From: an uncultured virus (IMG/VR IMGVR_UViG_3300034684_000282)
Taxonomy: Duplodnaviria > Heunggongvirae > Uroviricota > Caudoviricetes
Virus record (IMG/VR): IMGVR_UViG_3300034684_000282
Length of the DNA stretch: 64,000 nt
Direction: 5' to 3' (one strand)
Shown here: positions 8,559-18,595 of the stretch, piece after piece
Layout: every line of letters starts with the position of its first letter
Numbering within the stretch: position 1 is the first letter of the stretch
Program-made: the position numbers and the translations under genes
Notes under the pieces: generated by a model
The model's database searches: none
Seen by the model: the letters and a program-made list of their open reading frames with translations, nothing else
What the model was told of the DNA's origin: nothing

Positions 8559-10376
8559 TCAGTACTTTCCCTTGTAGAATGCTTTGTAAATGTTGCTTAG
8601 TGACGATGATTCTTCAGGCTTCTCCTTGCCGTTTTTAGCATTATTAATTTCTAAATTTTCACCGTACTCTTCGTCTAGTATCTTCTGAATGTCCTCGGGT
8701 CTTAGCGAGTTCCAAATGTTAGAGTTAGAGTGCTCTTGGACAAACTTAATCGACTCTAACTGGTTTCTCCTACTGTCCTCAACACCGACGGTTCGACTTA
8801 GTATACTAGCAAAGTTTCTTAGCAGCAGCTGCTTACTCTTTGTAAAAGCGTACAGCGCGTGCACCCAGGCAAATATTAAGTCGGTTCTAGGACCGTCGGC
8901 TCGACCGTGCTCGTCTACTACAAAGTTTAGAAGCTGGTGGTGTAACCTCTCCGACTTTATAATCCCGTACTTCTTAACTACACTGTCGCTTCTCCTATTC
9001 TGCATGATCATCTCAAACTTTCTCCTAGCGTCAAACTTGTCCTCCTCCGCTGATATGATTGAGTCCACGGCCTCCGTGTACTTGTCGATTATGATGTTGT
9101 ACATGTTGGCTAGAAGGATGTCCCTAGACACGCCGGTAACGTCCGTTCCTATAGACGAGCGGTACAAGTCCCTACCGTAGTCGTAACCCGCTGTTAGCTC
9201 ATTTTTCGACTTATCCCTAAACAAGTTCACGCCTATACCGTTGTTAGTCTTGTTAAGTATCTTGTCTATTAGTATCTTACCCACGGCGTTTCTCTCTATG
9301 TTGACTAGGCAGTTGTTGTACCGCTTAGTCAAGTCGATAACAACGTCGGCGAACTTGTCCGGAATTATCGTGTTAGAGTCGTACTCAGCGACTTGCTCTA
9401 GCGTGCTAGCCTTTACGATCTGAACGGTACTCGAGTCTTTTCTGTCTCCGTACGCAACGTCTACTCCGGCTACGTAGACTTCACCCGGAACGGGGTTCTC
9501 AAAAATCCAGAGGCGGCCGTCGAAATCTGTCATGACTGGGTCGACCGTAGCGATGGAGTCTAGAATTTGCCCCGGAACGTAGGTGTTTCCAGACGACACG
9601 AACGAGAGCTCCAGCTCGGCAGCTATCGACCTGTAGTTCCAGTTTAGCTGGCTGCACTGGTCGAGGTACCAGCTCTCGTCGTACTCCGGCACCGCGCTCC
9701 AGTGTACCCTGACTGGAACGTACTTGTTGTCCCCGTTGAGCGCTCCCTCGTACATCTGGTAGTACCACTTACCGGTGCCGGAGATACCGTTGGGGGTTGA
9801 GATAATTATGATTCCGTACGGTTTTCCCTTACTTGACTTAAACGCCCTAGAGATAGTCGGGTACGCGGCCTGGTACACGTCTTCCACTCTCTCTATGAAG
9901 GCAGCTTCGTCGATGACTAGTAAGTTAATAGACTCACCCAGAGAAGCGCTTCGAGTAGCCGGGAGGGCTGTTACCTTTGACCCGTTGGAGAATACTAGGG
10001 ACTGCTTGTTGTCTGTTTCAAGCTTAAGCTTCCAAGAACTGTTTGGGAGTAGCTCATACATCTTTCTTATCTTTGAGAGAAAGGAAGCCGCGTTGCGCTG
10101 ACCAGCGGATATGATGAGTATGTTGTAGTTTGAGTAGTGTAGCAGGCTCCACAAGCATATTGCCTGTACCAGTGTTGACATGCCTATCTGCCTAGACTTA
10201 AGCGTTATGATAAAGTGTTTAGCTAGAAACAGCTTGACTATCTTCTTCTGAAAGTCGTACATGTTAAACGGTATCAAGCCGTGGGCCGGGTGCTGGATCT
10301 TAACGTTGCTCTCCATCCACTGAATGGGGTCTCTTCTGTTCTTTATTAAACTCTCTAGCAGTTCTTCCGTATTCAT
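8559..10376 (-). CDS. terL: Terminase large subunit (gp17-like)
   Basis: LKSRQIGMST Walker A, LLVIDEAAF Walker B, ISTPNG coupling motif, GVDVAYG nuclease motif. Confidence 0.95.
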   Translation of the reverse strand: MNTEELLESLIKNRRDPIQWMESNVKIQHPAHGLIPFNMYDFQKKIVKLFLAKHFIITLKSRQIGMSTLVQAICLWSLLHYSNYNILIISAGQRNAASFLSKIRKMYELLPNSSWKLKLETDNKQSLVFSNGSKVTALPATRSASLGESINLLVIDEAAFIERVEDVYQAAYPTISRAFKSSKGKPYGIIIISTPNGISGTGKWYYQMYEGALNGDNKYVPVRVHWSAVPEYDESWYLDQCSQLNWNYRSIAAELELSFVSSGNTYVPGQILDSIATVDPVMTDFDGRLWIFENPVPGEVYVAGVDVAYGDRKDSSTVQIVKASTLEQVAEYDSNTIIPDKFADVVIDLTKRYNNCLVNIERNAVGKILIDKILNKTNNGIGVNLFRDKSKNELTAGYDYGRDLYRSSIGTDVTGVSRDILLANMYNIIIDKYTEAVDSIISAEEDKFDARRKFEMIMQNRRSDSVVKKYGIIKSERLHHQLLNFVVDEHGRADGPRTDLIFAWVHALYAFTKSKQLLLRNFASILSRTVGVEDSRRNQLESIKFVQEHSNSNIWNSLRPEDIQKILDEEYGENLEINNAKNGKEKPEESSSLSNIYKAFYKGKY

Positions 10377-10492
10377 CTAAACACCCATTTTTAATAATAT
10401 TTACTACGTAGCAAATGTATTTAAGTTTAACTTGTATGGATAAGTTAAATTTAATAAAAAGCCCGCATAGTATTAATTTCACAATTAGTGTA

Positions 10493-10509
10493 TAATTCTA
10501 AAATTAAAC
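10493..10509 (+). promoter_or_regulatory. Candidate phage late-promoter motif (TAAAATTAAA)
   Basis: TAATTCTAAAATTAAAC recurs identically at 41856; the core motif recurs upstream of many structural genes. Confidence 0.5.
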
Positions 10510-10533
10510 CTAAGGTGGTAGTGTCATAACAAA

Positions 10534-11856
10534 ATGAGAGGCATGATAGACAAATCAGCCTTTAACTGGAACTTTAGGGAAGACGACTGGCTAGTGGACT
10601 TAGTCCTTAACAACCAGCGGCTAAGGCAGAAGATATTTACCTTAAAGAACTACTCGTCGCTTAGGATTAACGAGATAGTGTATGAGATATACAACATAGT
10701 TAAAAACTACAGGCAGGGTTTAGAAATAGAGTCAGAGTCTTTCCTAAAGAAAAAGCAGTTTCTAGTACTGGCCGAGAAGAGTGAAGACAGCGATAGGATA
10801 CAGCTGACTCTAGAAGACGAGTACAAGCTAAAGGACTTAATCGAACAGTACAAGATATACGAGTTGATCGGTTGGTTTCACTTGGGTAAAAACTCAAAGG
10901 TGTTTAAAATTTGCACGCTAAAGAAGCAGGAGATACTCGAAAAGATATACCCTATAGTCGACCTAAGTATTCGAAAGGTTATTGGGTCAAAGGTTATAAA
11001 CCCGAAGAGCCCGGAGTTTGAGGAAGCCGTTAACAACGCGTGGCTGGCTATCATTAAGTACCTACCGAAGATTGACACGTCAAAAGTGATGTTTAGTATA
11101 TTCGTTGGGGTTGGCCACCGCTCCGCTATATACTACAACATTACAAACTTGAGGGAAAAGTACAGCACTGTAAAGATAAATGACCTTAAGTCAGTAAGTG
11201 ACGATGACGACGGCGTGGAAGAAGACTTGTTTATAAGTACGGTTGTTGGTAACAGCGTAGAGAGTAACTACGATGCTGTTAGTGTCGAGAACGACGTTAT
11301 CGATAGAATCGACTCAGGTAGTGTAGGGGAAGAGTTTTACTTAGAGTCGGTAGACAGCATGACGGAGGAAGCCGAGAGAGTCATTGAATCGTTGGAAAGA
11401 GACAATAAAGCAAATTACCTACAGCAGAACGTGCTAGCACACTCGTTTAACATACTGTCGGGTAAGGTAAAGAAGCTGTGCTTTGAAAAAATCTTTGCTG
11501 AGTTTTTTAGCGACTTGATAAACTCTAAAGTGTCGGAGAGAATCTTAATAAAACACTCCCCAACCCTGATTGAGATAATGAACCTTACGACGATTGACCC
11601 GGACTTAGTGGATGACGAAGAAGCCAACAACAGCGTGTACAAGCTGTTTAGGGATTGGATCAAGGAAAAGATAGAAGACAAGCTGTACAAGTACAACATT
11701 AGGCTAACGGATGACATGGATGAGTTTAAAAAGCAGCAGCTCTTAGAGATAGTTAAGAGAGAGAACAACATGATTAAGTATATGAAGGAAAACAAGAGGG
11801 ACTTTATAAAGAAGTTACTCGAGTTTCGAAACTCTTGCATTAACTTCAAGACGTAA
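10534..11856 (+). CDS. Sigma-factor-like protein (region 2-like)
   Basis: EEAVNNAWLAIIKYLPKIDTSK..FSIF resembles sigma region 2.2-2.3. Confidence 0.5.
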   Translation: MRGMIDKSAFNWNFREDDWLVDLVLNNQRLRQKIFTLKNYSSLRINEIVYEIYNIVKNYRQGLEIESESFLKKKQFLVLAEKSEDSDRIQLTLEDEYKLKDLIEQYKIYELIGWFHLGKNSKVFKICTLKKQEILEKIYPIVDLSIRKVIGSKVINPKSPEFEEAVNNAWLAIIKYLPKIDTSKVMFSIFVGVGHRSAIYYNITNLREKYSTVKINDLKSVSDDDDGVEEDLFISTVVGNSVESNYDAVSVENDVIDRIDSGSVGEEFYLESVDSMTEEAERVIESLERDNKANYLQQNVLAHSFNILSGKVKKLCFEKIFAEFFSDLINSKVSERILIKHSPTLIEIMNLTTIDPDLVDDEEANNSVYKLFRDWIKEKIEDKLYKYNIRLTDDMDEFKKQQLLEIVKRENNMIKYMKENKRDFIKKLLEFRNSCINFKT

Positions 11857-11870
11857 AGGAGACACTCAAG

Positions 11871-12668
11871 TTGCCGTCGGTTTTAAGACACGAAAGAGAA
11901 AATCAGTTTTCCAAGCTAGTGCTCTCCATTCTAAATGACAGCTACGGTGGGAACGTACTCAAGTACAAAGACGCTGAGAGAGACGCTCGCGACTTTACGC
12001 AATTGAGTAAGAAACTACGGAGAGCGTCAGCTCTCGGGTTAGACTTAAGCAAGGTTAAGAGTCCGTACCTTAAGTACACGCACGTAGATCTTAAGAACTC
12101 CGCGGTGTCGGTAGTCTTAACGGAGTGTCCCGAAGTACTACTAGGGTACAACATCGACTACCTAAAGTCTAAGAGATTTTTCCCGTTTGGTTTAGACTCT
12201 CTGTTTCAGAGGAGTAAGTCTAAAGACCTATACAAGATAAGAGACAACAGAGATAAAGAACAAGAAGCTAAGTACGTGTTTAACTGGGTGAGAGACAGAG
12301 TACTAAACAACTACTTCTCCATCAGCAACATCCAGGTTGACAGAAAGTTGGGGAGAGTTGAGTTCAGCTCAAACTTTAGGGACCAAAACTACGGTATGAC
12401 TATCCAGAACATAGTAGCAAAGATACCTGACGATAAGAATTTGAATATATCGGGGCTTAAGGGAACTGCGTTAGAACTAAGTAGAGACTACGACACGCTG
12501 TTCCTATACTTCTCCATGCTGGGATTTACAGAAATATTTGCAAAGTGCTCTTGCCCGGAGTACGTGAGAAAGCACTCACGCAAGTACGGTATATCAAACT
12601 ACTTTTGCTCGCACCTACTGTACTCGATAATGCAGTTTCCGTACTACCTAATGTACGCTCTACAGTGA
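11871..12668 (+). CDS. SWIM zinc-finger protein
   Basis: C-terminal CSCPEY...CSH (CxC-x(n)-CxH). Confidence 0.7.
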   Translation: MPSVLRHERENQFSKLVLSILNDSYGGNVLKYKDAERDARDFTQLSKKLRRASALGLDLSKVKSPYLKYTHVDLKNSAVSVVLTECPEVLLGYNIDYLKSKRFFPFGLDSLFQRSKSKDLYKIRDNRDKEQEAKYVFNWVRDRVLNNYFSISNIQVDRKLGRVEFSSNFRDQNYGMTIQNIVAKIPDDKNLNISGLKGTALELSRDYDTLFLYFSMLGFTEIFAKCSCPEYVRKHSRKYGISNYFCSHLLYSIMQFPYYLMYALQ

Positions 12669-12686
12669 GTAGGGAGACACCTTAAG

Positions 12687-13610
12687 ATGAAGAGAGTACT
12701 ACTCTCCGCTAAGCTAGACTACCTGTTAGACTACGCGAAAAAACAGTACAGCGTGAGAAGGGGCCTACGCTTAAACTCGAAAGACTGGGAGTCATTCGTC
12801 AGCATAAGGAGTGCCGTATACTACTCCTTTCTAATCAACGGTACGGTAAAGTTTACGACTAAGTCAAAGATTTCCGGTAAGACGTACGAGCAGTACGTTA
12901 AGCTGGTTAACTTTAAGAGAGTAGAACCGGCGCTACTGTTACTCTTTCTAATCGACACACCTGAAGACCAAGTTGTAGAGTTTTTAAACAGCTTTCTACT
13001 CAGCGGAGAGGCTAAATTATCGTGTCAGTGTGCATCCTATATTTACCACGGAGCTAAATACAACCTAACTAAGCTAAAGTCATGTTACGGCCCGGGTGAG
13101 ATTAGGCCGCCAGACGTGAGGGACCCTCTTAGAAAGTTTCTAGTGTGCAAGCACCTGTGGCTAGTCTTAGTCAATTTTGAAAAACATGTTACCGAGTTTG
13201 CCAAGGGCTTACTACCCTACTATAAGAGAGCCTTCGGCTTAGCGTCTCCGACTGGGTTGGAAAGGTTAAAGAAAAACTTAGGTGACAGCGGGTTAAAGAG
13301 GGTTGTAGAGGAAGCGGTTAGAAACACCAACGCTCTCAAGTCTGACCAAGTTAAGCGGCTGTTTGACAAGCTAACGTCCGGTAAGCTTAACGAAGGGATT
13401 AATAAGAAGCTAAGCAACACCGACGCGGCCGAGAGTAGAGAGAATACCCAAAAAGAACAAGATAGTCACGCAACCGAAGAGCATGCTTCTGAAGAAGAAG
13501 GTAAACCGGTTCAAAAGGAAGAGTCGCTGAATAATAAGAGTAATACAGAAGAAGAAAAAGAAAGCCTTAAGACTACAAAAAGTAAGAGTGAAACCGAGGA
13601 GGTACCATGA
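12687..13610 (+). CDS. SWIM zinc-finger protein
   Basis: CQCASY..G..YNLT..DP...VCKH. Confidence 0.7.
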   Translation: MKRVLLSAKLDYLLDYAKKQYSVRRGLRLNSKDWESFVSIRSAVYYSFLINGTVKFTTKSKISGKTYEQYVKLVNFKRVEPALLLLFLIDTPEDQVVEFLNSFLLSGEAKLSCQCASYIYHGAKYNLTKLKSCYGPGEIRPPDVRDPLRKFLVCKHLWLVLVNFEKHVTEFAKGLLPYYKRAFGLASPTGLERLKKNLGDSGLKRVVEEAVRNTNALKSDQVKRLFDKLTSGKLNEGINKKLSNTDAAESRENTQKEQDSHATEEHASEEEGKPVQKEESLNNKSNTEEEKESLKTTKSKSETEEVP

Positions 13611-14116
13611 AACAGTCGCTAGTTAAGATTTTGTCGGATGACGAGCAGCTAAGTGAGTACATAAGCTCTCTAGAGAGTGAGTTAGAGAACACGGAGTTAG
13701 TCGACGCTAAGCTTGACTTAATTCTCGACAACATACTCAGCTTGTACTCTAACTTTACCGACCGCAGGGCCTTGCGCGCGTCGAACATAAGTGCCGTCAC
13801 GGAAATGCTAAAGTTAAAGGCCGACATACCGATGAGAAGGATACAGACTAAAAAGATGATTCTCGACATGCTAGCTAAAAAGAGAGAGCTTGAGATAAAG
13901 GAAAGGAGTGTTAGCGCTAGTGACCAACTGGTTGGAACGACGAGTGACTTGCTCAGAGCTATCTTCAACCGCTTAGACCAAAGCAACATTCACCCGATAG
14001 TAGACACTAGTGTACTAGAAAGTGAGTGTCTAGATATTGTAGACTCTCCTAAAAGCTTGAGTGACTCAAGCTGTGATTCAGAAAGCGAAAACCGTGGGGA
14101 TGATGCCGTTGCCTAG
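13607..14116 (+). CDS. Hypothetical helical protein (possible terminase small subunit)
   Basis: Helical 169-aa ORF directly before the portal; function inferred from position only. Confidence 0.4.
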   Translation: MKQSLVKILSDDEQLSEYISSLESELENTELVDAKLDLILDNILSLYSNFTDRRALRASNISAVTEMLKLKADIPMRRIQTKKMILDMLAKKRELEIKERSVSASDQLVGTTSDLLRAIFNRLDQSNIHPIVDTSVLESECLDIVDSPKSLSDSSCDSESENRGDDAVA

Positions 14117-15941
14117 AGATAAAGTAGGTTTGTTCGGTGACATAGGCGACCGCCTGAGTGAGTACATCCAGCAGTACAACAGACTGCGGTACGACAGCTT
14201 AATATACGATGATTCCGGTAAGAAGTTAGACATATCCAAGCTGATACCGCAGCGGGAGCTGTCTAAGTTACTCCAGACTGTCTCTTCGTCGAACATATTC
14301 GGCCAGTCTATGTTTGAAAGGTTCTTTGACTTACAGGTGGGGAGGGCTGCAAGGTATACGGAGTACGAGCAGATACTGTACAGGATACCCGAAGCTTCCC
14401 AAGCCCTGCAAGTCTACGTTGACAGCATACTGGCACCCAACGTTGGGAGCAGGGACAACCAGATGAACTTTAACATATGGGAAGACAACCCTGTAGACGT
14501 CAAGGCTAAGACTCTAGCAGAGACGATGTTGAAGAGAAGCGGTTTCTTCGACATACTCCCGCAGATTATATACACCTCTCTTCTCTACGGAGACTCTATA
14601 GTAGAGTTAGACAAGACTGAGTCGGGTATCCGATACGTGCTACACACGCCTAAGAACTGCACGATACTCTTTGACCAGAAGACCGACATTGAGCTGGGTG
14701 TCTTGATCCAGCAGGACGTGGAGTCGTCTAAGCTGCTAGACATGCTCTCCTACGCTTACCCAACGCTAAACGTTGAGGTACCCGACAAGTTTGTGTCGAT
14801 CGTAAGCAGCGTTCACCGCATAGACGACTACCAAGAGAAGCACATAGAGCAGCAGATAAAGTCTCTAATCGAAGACTTGTTTAAAGACCACGGGGCAAAG
14901 TACAAGTACTTGTCGCCGAGAAGGTACGTTAAGTTTCCGATATACTACAACAACATGTACTACCCGTACGGAACGTCTCTCTTCGACCCCGTAAGGTCCA
15001 TCGCTAAGCAGCTGCTGCTAGTCGAAGCCGCCCTGTCCATCTACCGCGCTACCCGCACCCCGCTGCGGACCTTGTGGACAATCGAGGTCGGCAACACCCC
15101 TGAGCCTGAGATTCCGTCGCTAGTCAACGGGATAATGGACAGGATAAGGCGACAGAAGGTTATCGACCCTGAGAACGAGGGTACCACGTCCCTAGACTCC
15201 ATACCCGAGATGATGTCCTTAGAAGAGGATATCTGGAGCCCGTCGATCGGTGGCGCACCGCTGCTCAGAGCTGAGCCTATTCAGGGCGGTGATATATCAC
15301 CCTACATTAACGACGCCGAGTACTTTAAGAGAAAGCTCATCGCAGCGCTGGGTATACCCCCCGCTTACTTAGCCGAGGAGCAGGCCGCGGGAACGAGAGC
15401 ACTACTGACGCTGGAAGACATTAAGTTTAGTAGGACGATAAGAAAGTACCAAACAGATATTAACAACTCCCTCAATGATCTAGTCAACACGTGTTTCCTA
15501 CTGACGGGTAACTCGGAATTCTACAACAAAGTAACGCTGTCTCTGCCGGAACCTAAGACTATCGAAGACAACATCAGGATAGAGAACATCAACAACAGGT
15601 TAAACGCGGCGGACTCGTTTATGAACTCATTCCCCAACATTCCCAAGCTGTGGGTGTTGAAGAACCTAATAGGGTTGACCGACGACGATATTGAGGACAT
15701 GGTAAAGATGGTAGAGGATCAAAAGAAACTCGTTATCTTTAGTGAGCAAGTACCGGGTAAGGAGCAGGGAGAGGGTAGTGTCGGCGGTGGCTTAGGTGGT
15801 GGGTTCGGAATGGAAGAAGGACCCGTGGGTATGGGTGAGAACTTAGGCGGGGAGTACGAAGAGCCCGAGTCGCTCGAGGGTCCGCTCGGAGAGATAGAGT
15901 TTGAAGAAGAAGAAACTGAAACTGAGGAGTTACCAACATAG
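14061..15941 (+). CDS. Portal protein (gp20-like); true start probably about 14100-14109
   Basis: GTSLFDPVRSIAKQLLLVEAALSIYRATRTP..IEVGN, EEDIW, YFKRKLIAALGIP, EDIKFSRTI. Confidence 0.95.
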   Translation: MTQAVIQKAKTVGMMPLPRDKVGLFGDIGDRLSEYIQQYNRLRYDSLIYDDSGKKLDISKLIPQRELSKLLQTVSSSNIFGQSMFERFFDLQVGRAARYTEYEQILYRIPEASQALQVYVDSILAPNVGSRDNQMNFNIWEDNPVDVKAKTLAETMLKRSGFFDILPQIIYTSLLYGDSIVELDKTESGIRYVLHTPKNCTILFDQKTDIELGVLIQQDVESSKLLDMLSYAYPTLNVEVPDKFVSIVSSVHRIDDYQEKHIEQQIKSLIEDLFKDHGAKYKYLSPRRYVKFPIYYNNMYYPYGTSLFDPVRSIAKQLLLVEAALSIYRATRTPLRTLWTIEVGNTPEPEIPSLVNGIMDRIRRQKVIDPENEGTTSLDSIPEMMSLEEDIWSPSIGGAPLLRAEPIQGGDISPYINDAEYFKRKLIAALGIPPAYLAEEQAAGTRALLTLEDIKFSRTIRKYQTDINNSLNDLVNTCFLLTGNSEFYNKVTLSLPEPKTIEDNIRIENINNRLNAADSFMNSFPNIPKLWVLKNLIGLTDDDIEDMVKMVEDQKKLVIFSEQVPGKEQGEGSVGGGLGGGFGMEEGPVGMGENLGGEYEEPESLEGPLGEIEFEEEETETEELPT

Positions 15942-16090
15942 TTGTAAGCTACAGTTTGTTGGTAAATAATACTGTGAAAACTGCAGCGCGTTATTAACAA
16001 ACCGTACCGCTAGAGTGTAGTTAGTTTACGCAACAAGTGAAAAATAAAATTAAATACATAAAAGCTAAAGTGTAGGAGGCAAACACTTCT

Positions 16091-17623
16091 ATGGTTAAGA
16101 ATAGATTAAAAGATGACATTAGGTTTATGCTGTCCAACTTAGTAAAGAGTTTTGACGATGCGGGGGAAGACTACAACAGCCTGATATCGGAGATCTACGA
16201 TGAGTTAGACAACCTGTCTCTAGTTGACTTGTGCGTTACGAGGGAGTACATTAAAGACTCAGTAAGCGCCTTGAATTCCAGCAAGCAGTTTAAGAAACCT
16301 AAGAAAAGCATGCTGGCGGCTAGGCTGAAGGTTATCTCAGACAACGTTGGCAACTTCTACGTTGTTTCAGAAGACGGCGGGCAGGAAAAGATAGTGTTTC
16401 AAACTAGTGATAAGAATAGAGCCGACCAGTTTGTGCGTGACAACCAAAAGAACGCTGCCGTGGCGGCGGCTCCGGAAGACGAGTTGGAAGGCGACGTTAG
16501 CGAAGACATAGCTGAAATTCCCGAGGATGACTTACCGAATACTAGAACCGACAAAAACGATACCGACGACGAAGACGAGGACAGCTTAGGCGAGCTAGAT
16601 GATGAAGAAGAAGAGTTAAACGGTGAAGAGGAAGATGAAGTCGATCAAGAAACTCTAGACGAGATTGAAGAGCTAATTGAGAGAGCGGATCACCTGATCG
16701 CAGCGATCGACAACTCGATCGACGTTGTCCCGGACTTAGACGCGATCACGGATTTAGTAAACATCAAGGTGTCGATTCAGGACAGGGTTGACGAGCTTAA
16801 CTCGAAAGACCCAGCCGCTCCAGACTTAGACGAGGCTATGGAAGCACTCCGGAGTGAACTCGAAGAGTACGAGAGTAAAGCGCTGGACATAATCAACAAA
16901 AACACACCGAACGGTGAGGAAGATAAAGAAGAGGAAGAAGAAGCCGAAGATACCGAGCCGGTTGAGGAGAGTACTATCATTAAGGGTGAGGAAGAGCTAC
17001 CCGACGACGAAACTGACGAGGAAGAGTCTCCTGAGTCTGAGGAAGACGAGCTCGAACTTGACGAAGAGTTTGACGACAGTGGTGAAGAGTTTGAAGACGT
17101 AGAGTTGGACAGTGAGGAAGAGCCGTTCGGCGAAGACACTGAAGAGTTAAACGAAGAAGAGTTAAGTGAGGATAACATTGACGAGCTTATCGACGACTTA
17201 CTAAGCAGCGTTGAAGACCTTGAAGAAAAAATAGAAGACGTAAGAGAAATTGTTGAGGAAAAAAAGCAAGAAAAAGACATAGAAGAGGTTGACTTAGATA
17301 CTGATAGTAAGGATACTGCTGAGGGTGAAGAAGAGCTAGGAGAAGAGTTAAGCGAGGAAACACCGGAAGAAGAGAGTGCCGGCGAAGATGAAGAAGACAA
17401 GACTCTAGCTAGTTCGGCGTTGACCCCGCCTGGCTGGGAGTCGCTAGAAGACGGGGAGGTAAAAGACTCGGAGTTAGAGTCCGACACTCCGACTAGCAAG
17501 ATGGTACCAGAAGACGACGGTGTTGCGGAAGTTGGTAGGAAGAAGCCTGACAAAAAGCCGTGTGGAGAATTACCCTTAGACGGAGTTAACCCACTCGAGG
17601 CTAAGAAAGCGGCTAAAAGATAA
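16091..17623 (+). CDS. Highly acidic prohead core/internal protein
   Basis: Very Glu/Asp-rich; lies between portal and protease; GGAGG RBS. Confidence 0.7.
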   Translation: MVKNRLKDDIRFMLSNLVKSFDDAGEDYNSLISEIYDELDNLSLVDLCVTREYIKDSVSALNSSKQFKKPKKSMLAARLKVISDNVGNFYVVSEDGGQEKIVFQTSDKNRADQFVRDNQKNAAVAAAPEDELEGDVSEDIAEIPEDDLPNTRTDKNDTDDEDEDSLGELDDEEEELNGEEEDEVDQETLDEIEELIERADHLIAAIDNSIDVVPDLDAITDLVNIKVSIQDRVDELNSKDPAAPDLDEAMEALRSELEEYESKALDIINKNTPNGEEDKEEEEEAEDTEPVEESTIIKGEEELPDDETDEEESPESEEDELELDEEFDDSGEEFEDVELDSEEEPFGEDTEELNEEELSEDNIDELIDDLLSSVEDLEEKIEDVREIVEEKKQEKDIEEVDLDTDSKDTAEGEEELGEELSEETPEEESAGEDEEDKTLASSALTPPGWESLEDGEVKDSELESDTPTSKMVPEDDGVAEVGRKKPDKKPCGELPLDGVNPLEAKKAAKR

Positions 17624-17626
17624 AGG

Positions 17627-18313
17627 GTGAGTACAGTGCAGAAGGATAAGTATCTAATAAGGTCGATCGTCAACCCTCTCTTAGAGTACAAGATAGTCGA
17701 GGGCTCCGAGGTTAAGGGGTCTAACAAAGTAGTGGCTGAGGCAGTGTTTCAGAAGTGCGACGACCCCAACGCTAACGGGCACTCCTTTCCGCGTAGGGTC
17801 TTAGCCGCGGCTGTTGACGAGGCGAGGGAGAATATAAGAAACAGGCACTTCTTGGGAGAGCTAGACCACCCGGAGAACATAAAGGACGTTAACAGAATTG
17901 CCACCGTGTCGCTTAAAAACGTGTCTCACCTCATCACTAACTTAGAGATGGATGGAGACTACGTTGTCGGAAAGTTTGAGACGCTAGATACCCCCAACGG
18001 TATGATCCTTGCCTCGCTGCTTAAGGACAAGATAAAGACCGGCGTCTCTATCCGAGCCATCACCGACCAAGATATTAGCTACGGGTCAGACAAGATAAAC
18101 AGCATCACTGAGTTTACCCTCATCACCTACGACGCGGTTCACAACCCCGCGTACTCCGACGCGTACGTAAAGTCCATCATGGCGTCGGTCTACAAGCTTG
18201 ACTCCGACTACAGCGAGAGACGGATAAGCGTTAGCGAGGGTGAGTTTAAGGCAATGCTGGCTGAAGCTATAACGGCGGCGGTTAAGAGAATATACGCTAA
18301 CAGTAAGAGATAA
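17627..18313 (+). CDS. Prohead protease (gp21-like)
   Basis: FQKCDDPNANGHSFP, LGELDHP, VSH, LDTPNG, GVSIRA, ITYDAVHNPA. Confidence 0.95.
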   Translation: MSTVQKDKYLIRSIVNPLLEYKIVEGSEVKGSNKVVAEAVFQKCDDPNANGHSFPRRVLAAAVDEARENIRNRHFLGELDHPENIKDVNRIATVSLKNVSHLITNLEMDGDYVVGKFETLDTPNGMILASLLKDKIKTGVSIRAITDQDISYGSDKINSITEFTLITYDAVHNPAYSDAYVKSIMASVYKLDSDYSERRISVSEGEFKAMLAEAITAAVKRIYANSKR

Positions 18314-18335
18314 CCGTGAACTGAGGTGCTGTGAG

Positions 18336-18572
18336 ATGGATCTAAACGAGTTTATGAAGAAGTCCCTGAGTCTAGTTGACCCAGTCGACCTTGAGAGGGA
18401 GTTCAGCGACACGGAGATGAAGTACGCTTCTAAGATCGCTAAAAAGGACATGGAGATAAGCGACTTAGACCGGAAGATAGCTAGCGTAAATAGAAGAACA
18501 AGCGACATAAAAGCAAACATTAACACGTTAAAAAGTAACTTAAAATTAATAAGCGACGCTTTAGAAGACTAA
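18336..18572 (+). CDS. Small coiled-coil head protein
   Basis: GAGGTG RBS; located in the head operon. Confidence 0.7.
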   Translation: MDLNEFMKKSLSLVDPVDLEREFSDTEMKYASKIAKKDMEISDLDRKIASVNRRTSDIKANINTLKSNLKLISDALED

Positions 18573-18595
18573 GTTGCGAAGGTGGGAAATCAAGC

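Noticed and set aside
16777..17727. 316-aa Ser-rich antisense ORF
   Set aside because: Shadow of the GAA/GAG/GAC-rich acidic gene on the plus strand
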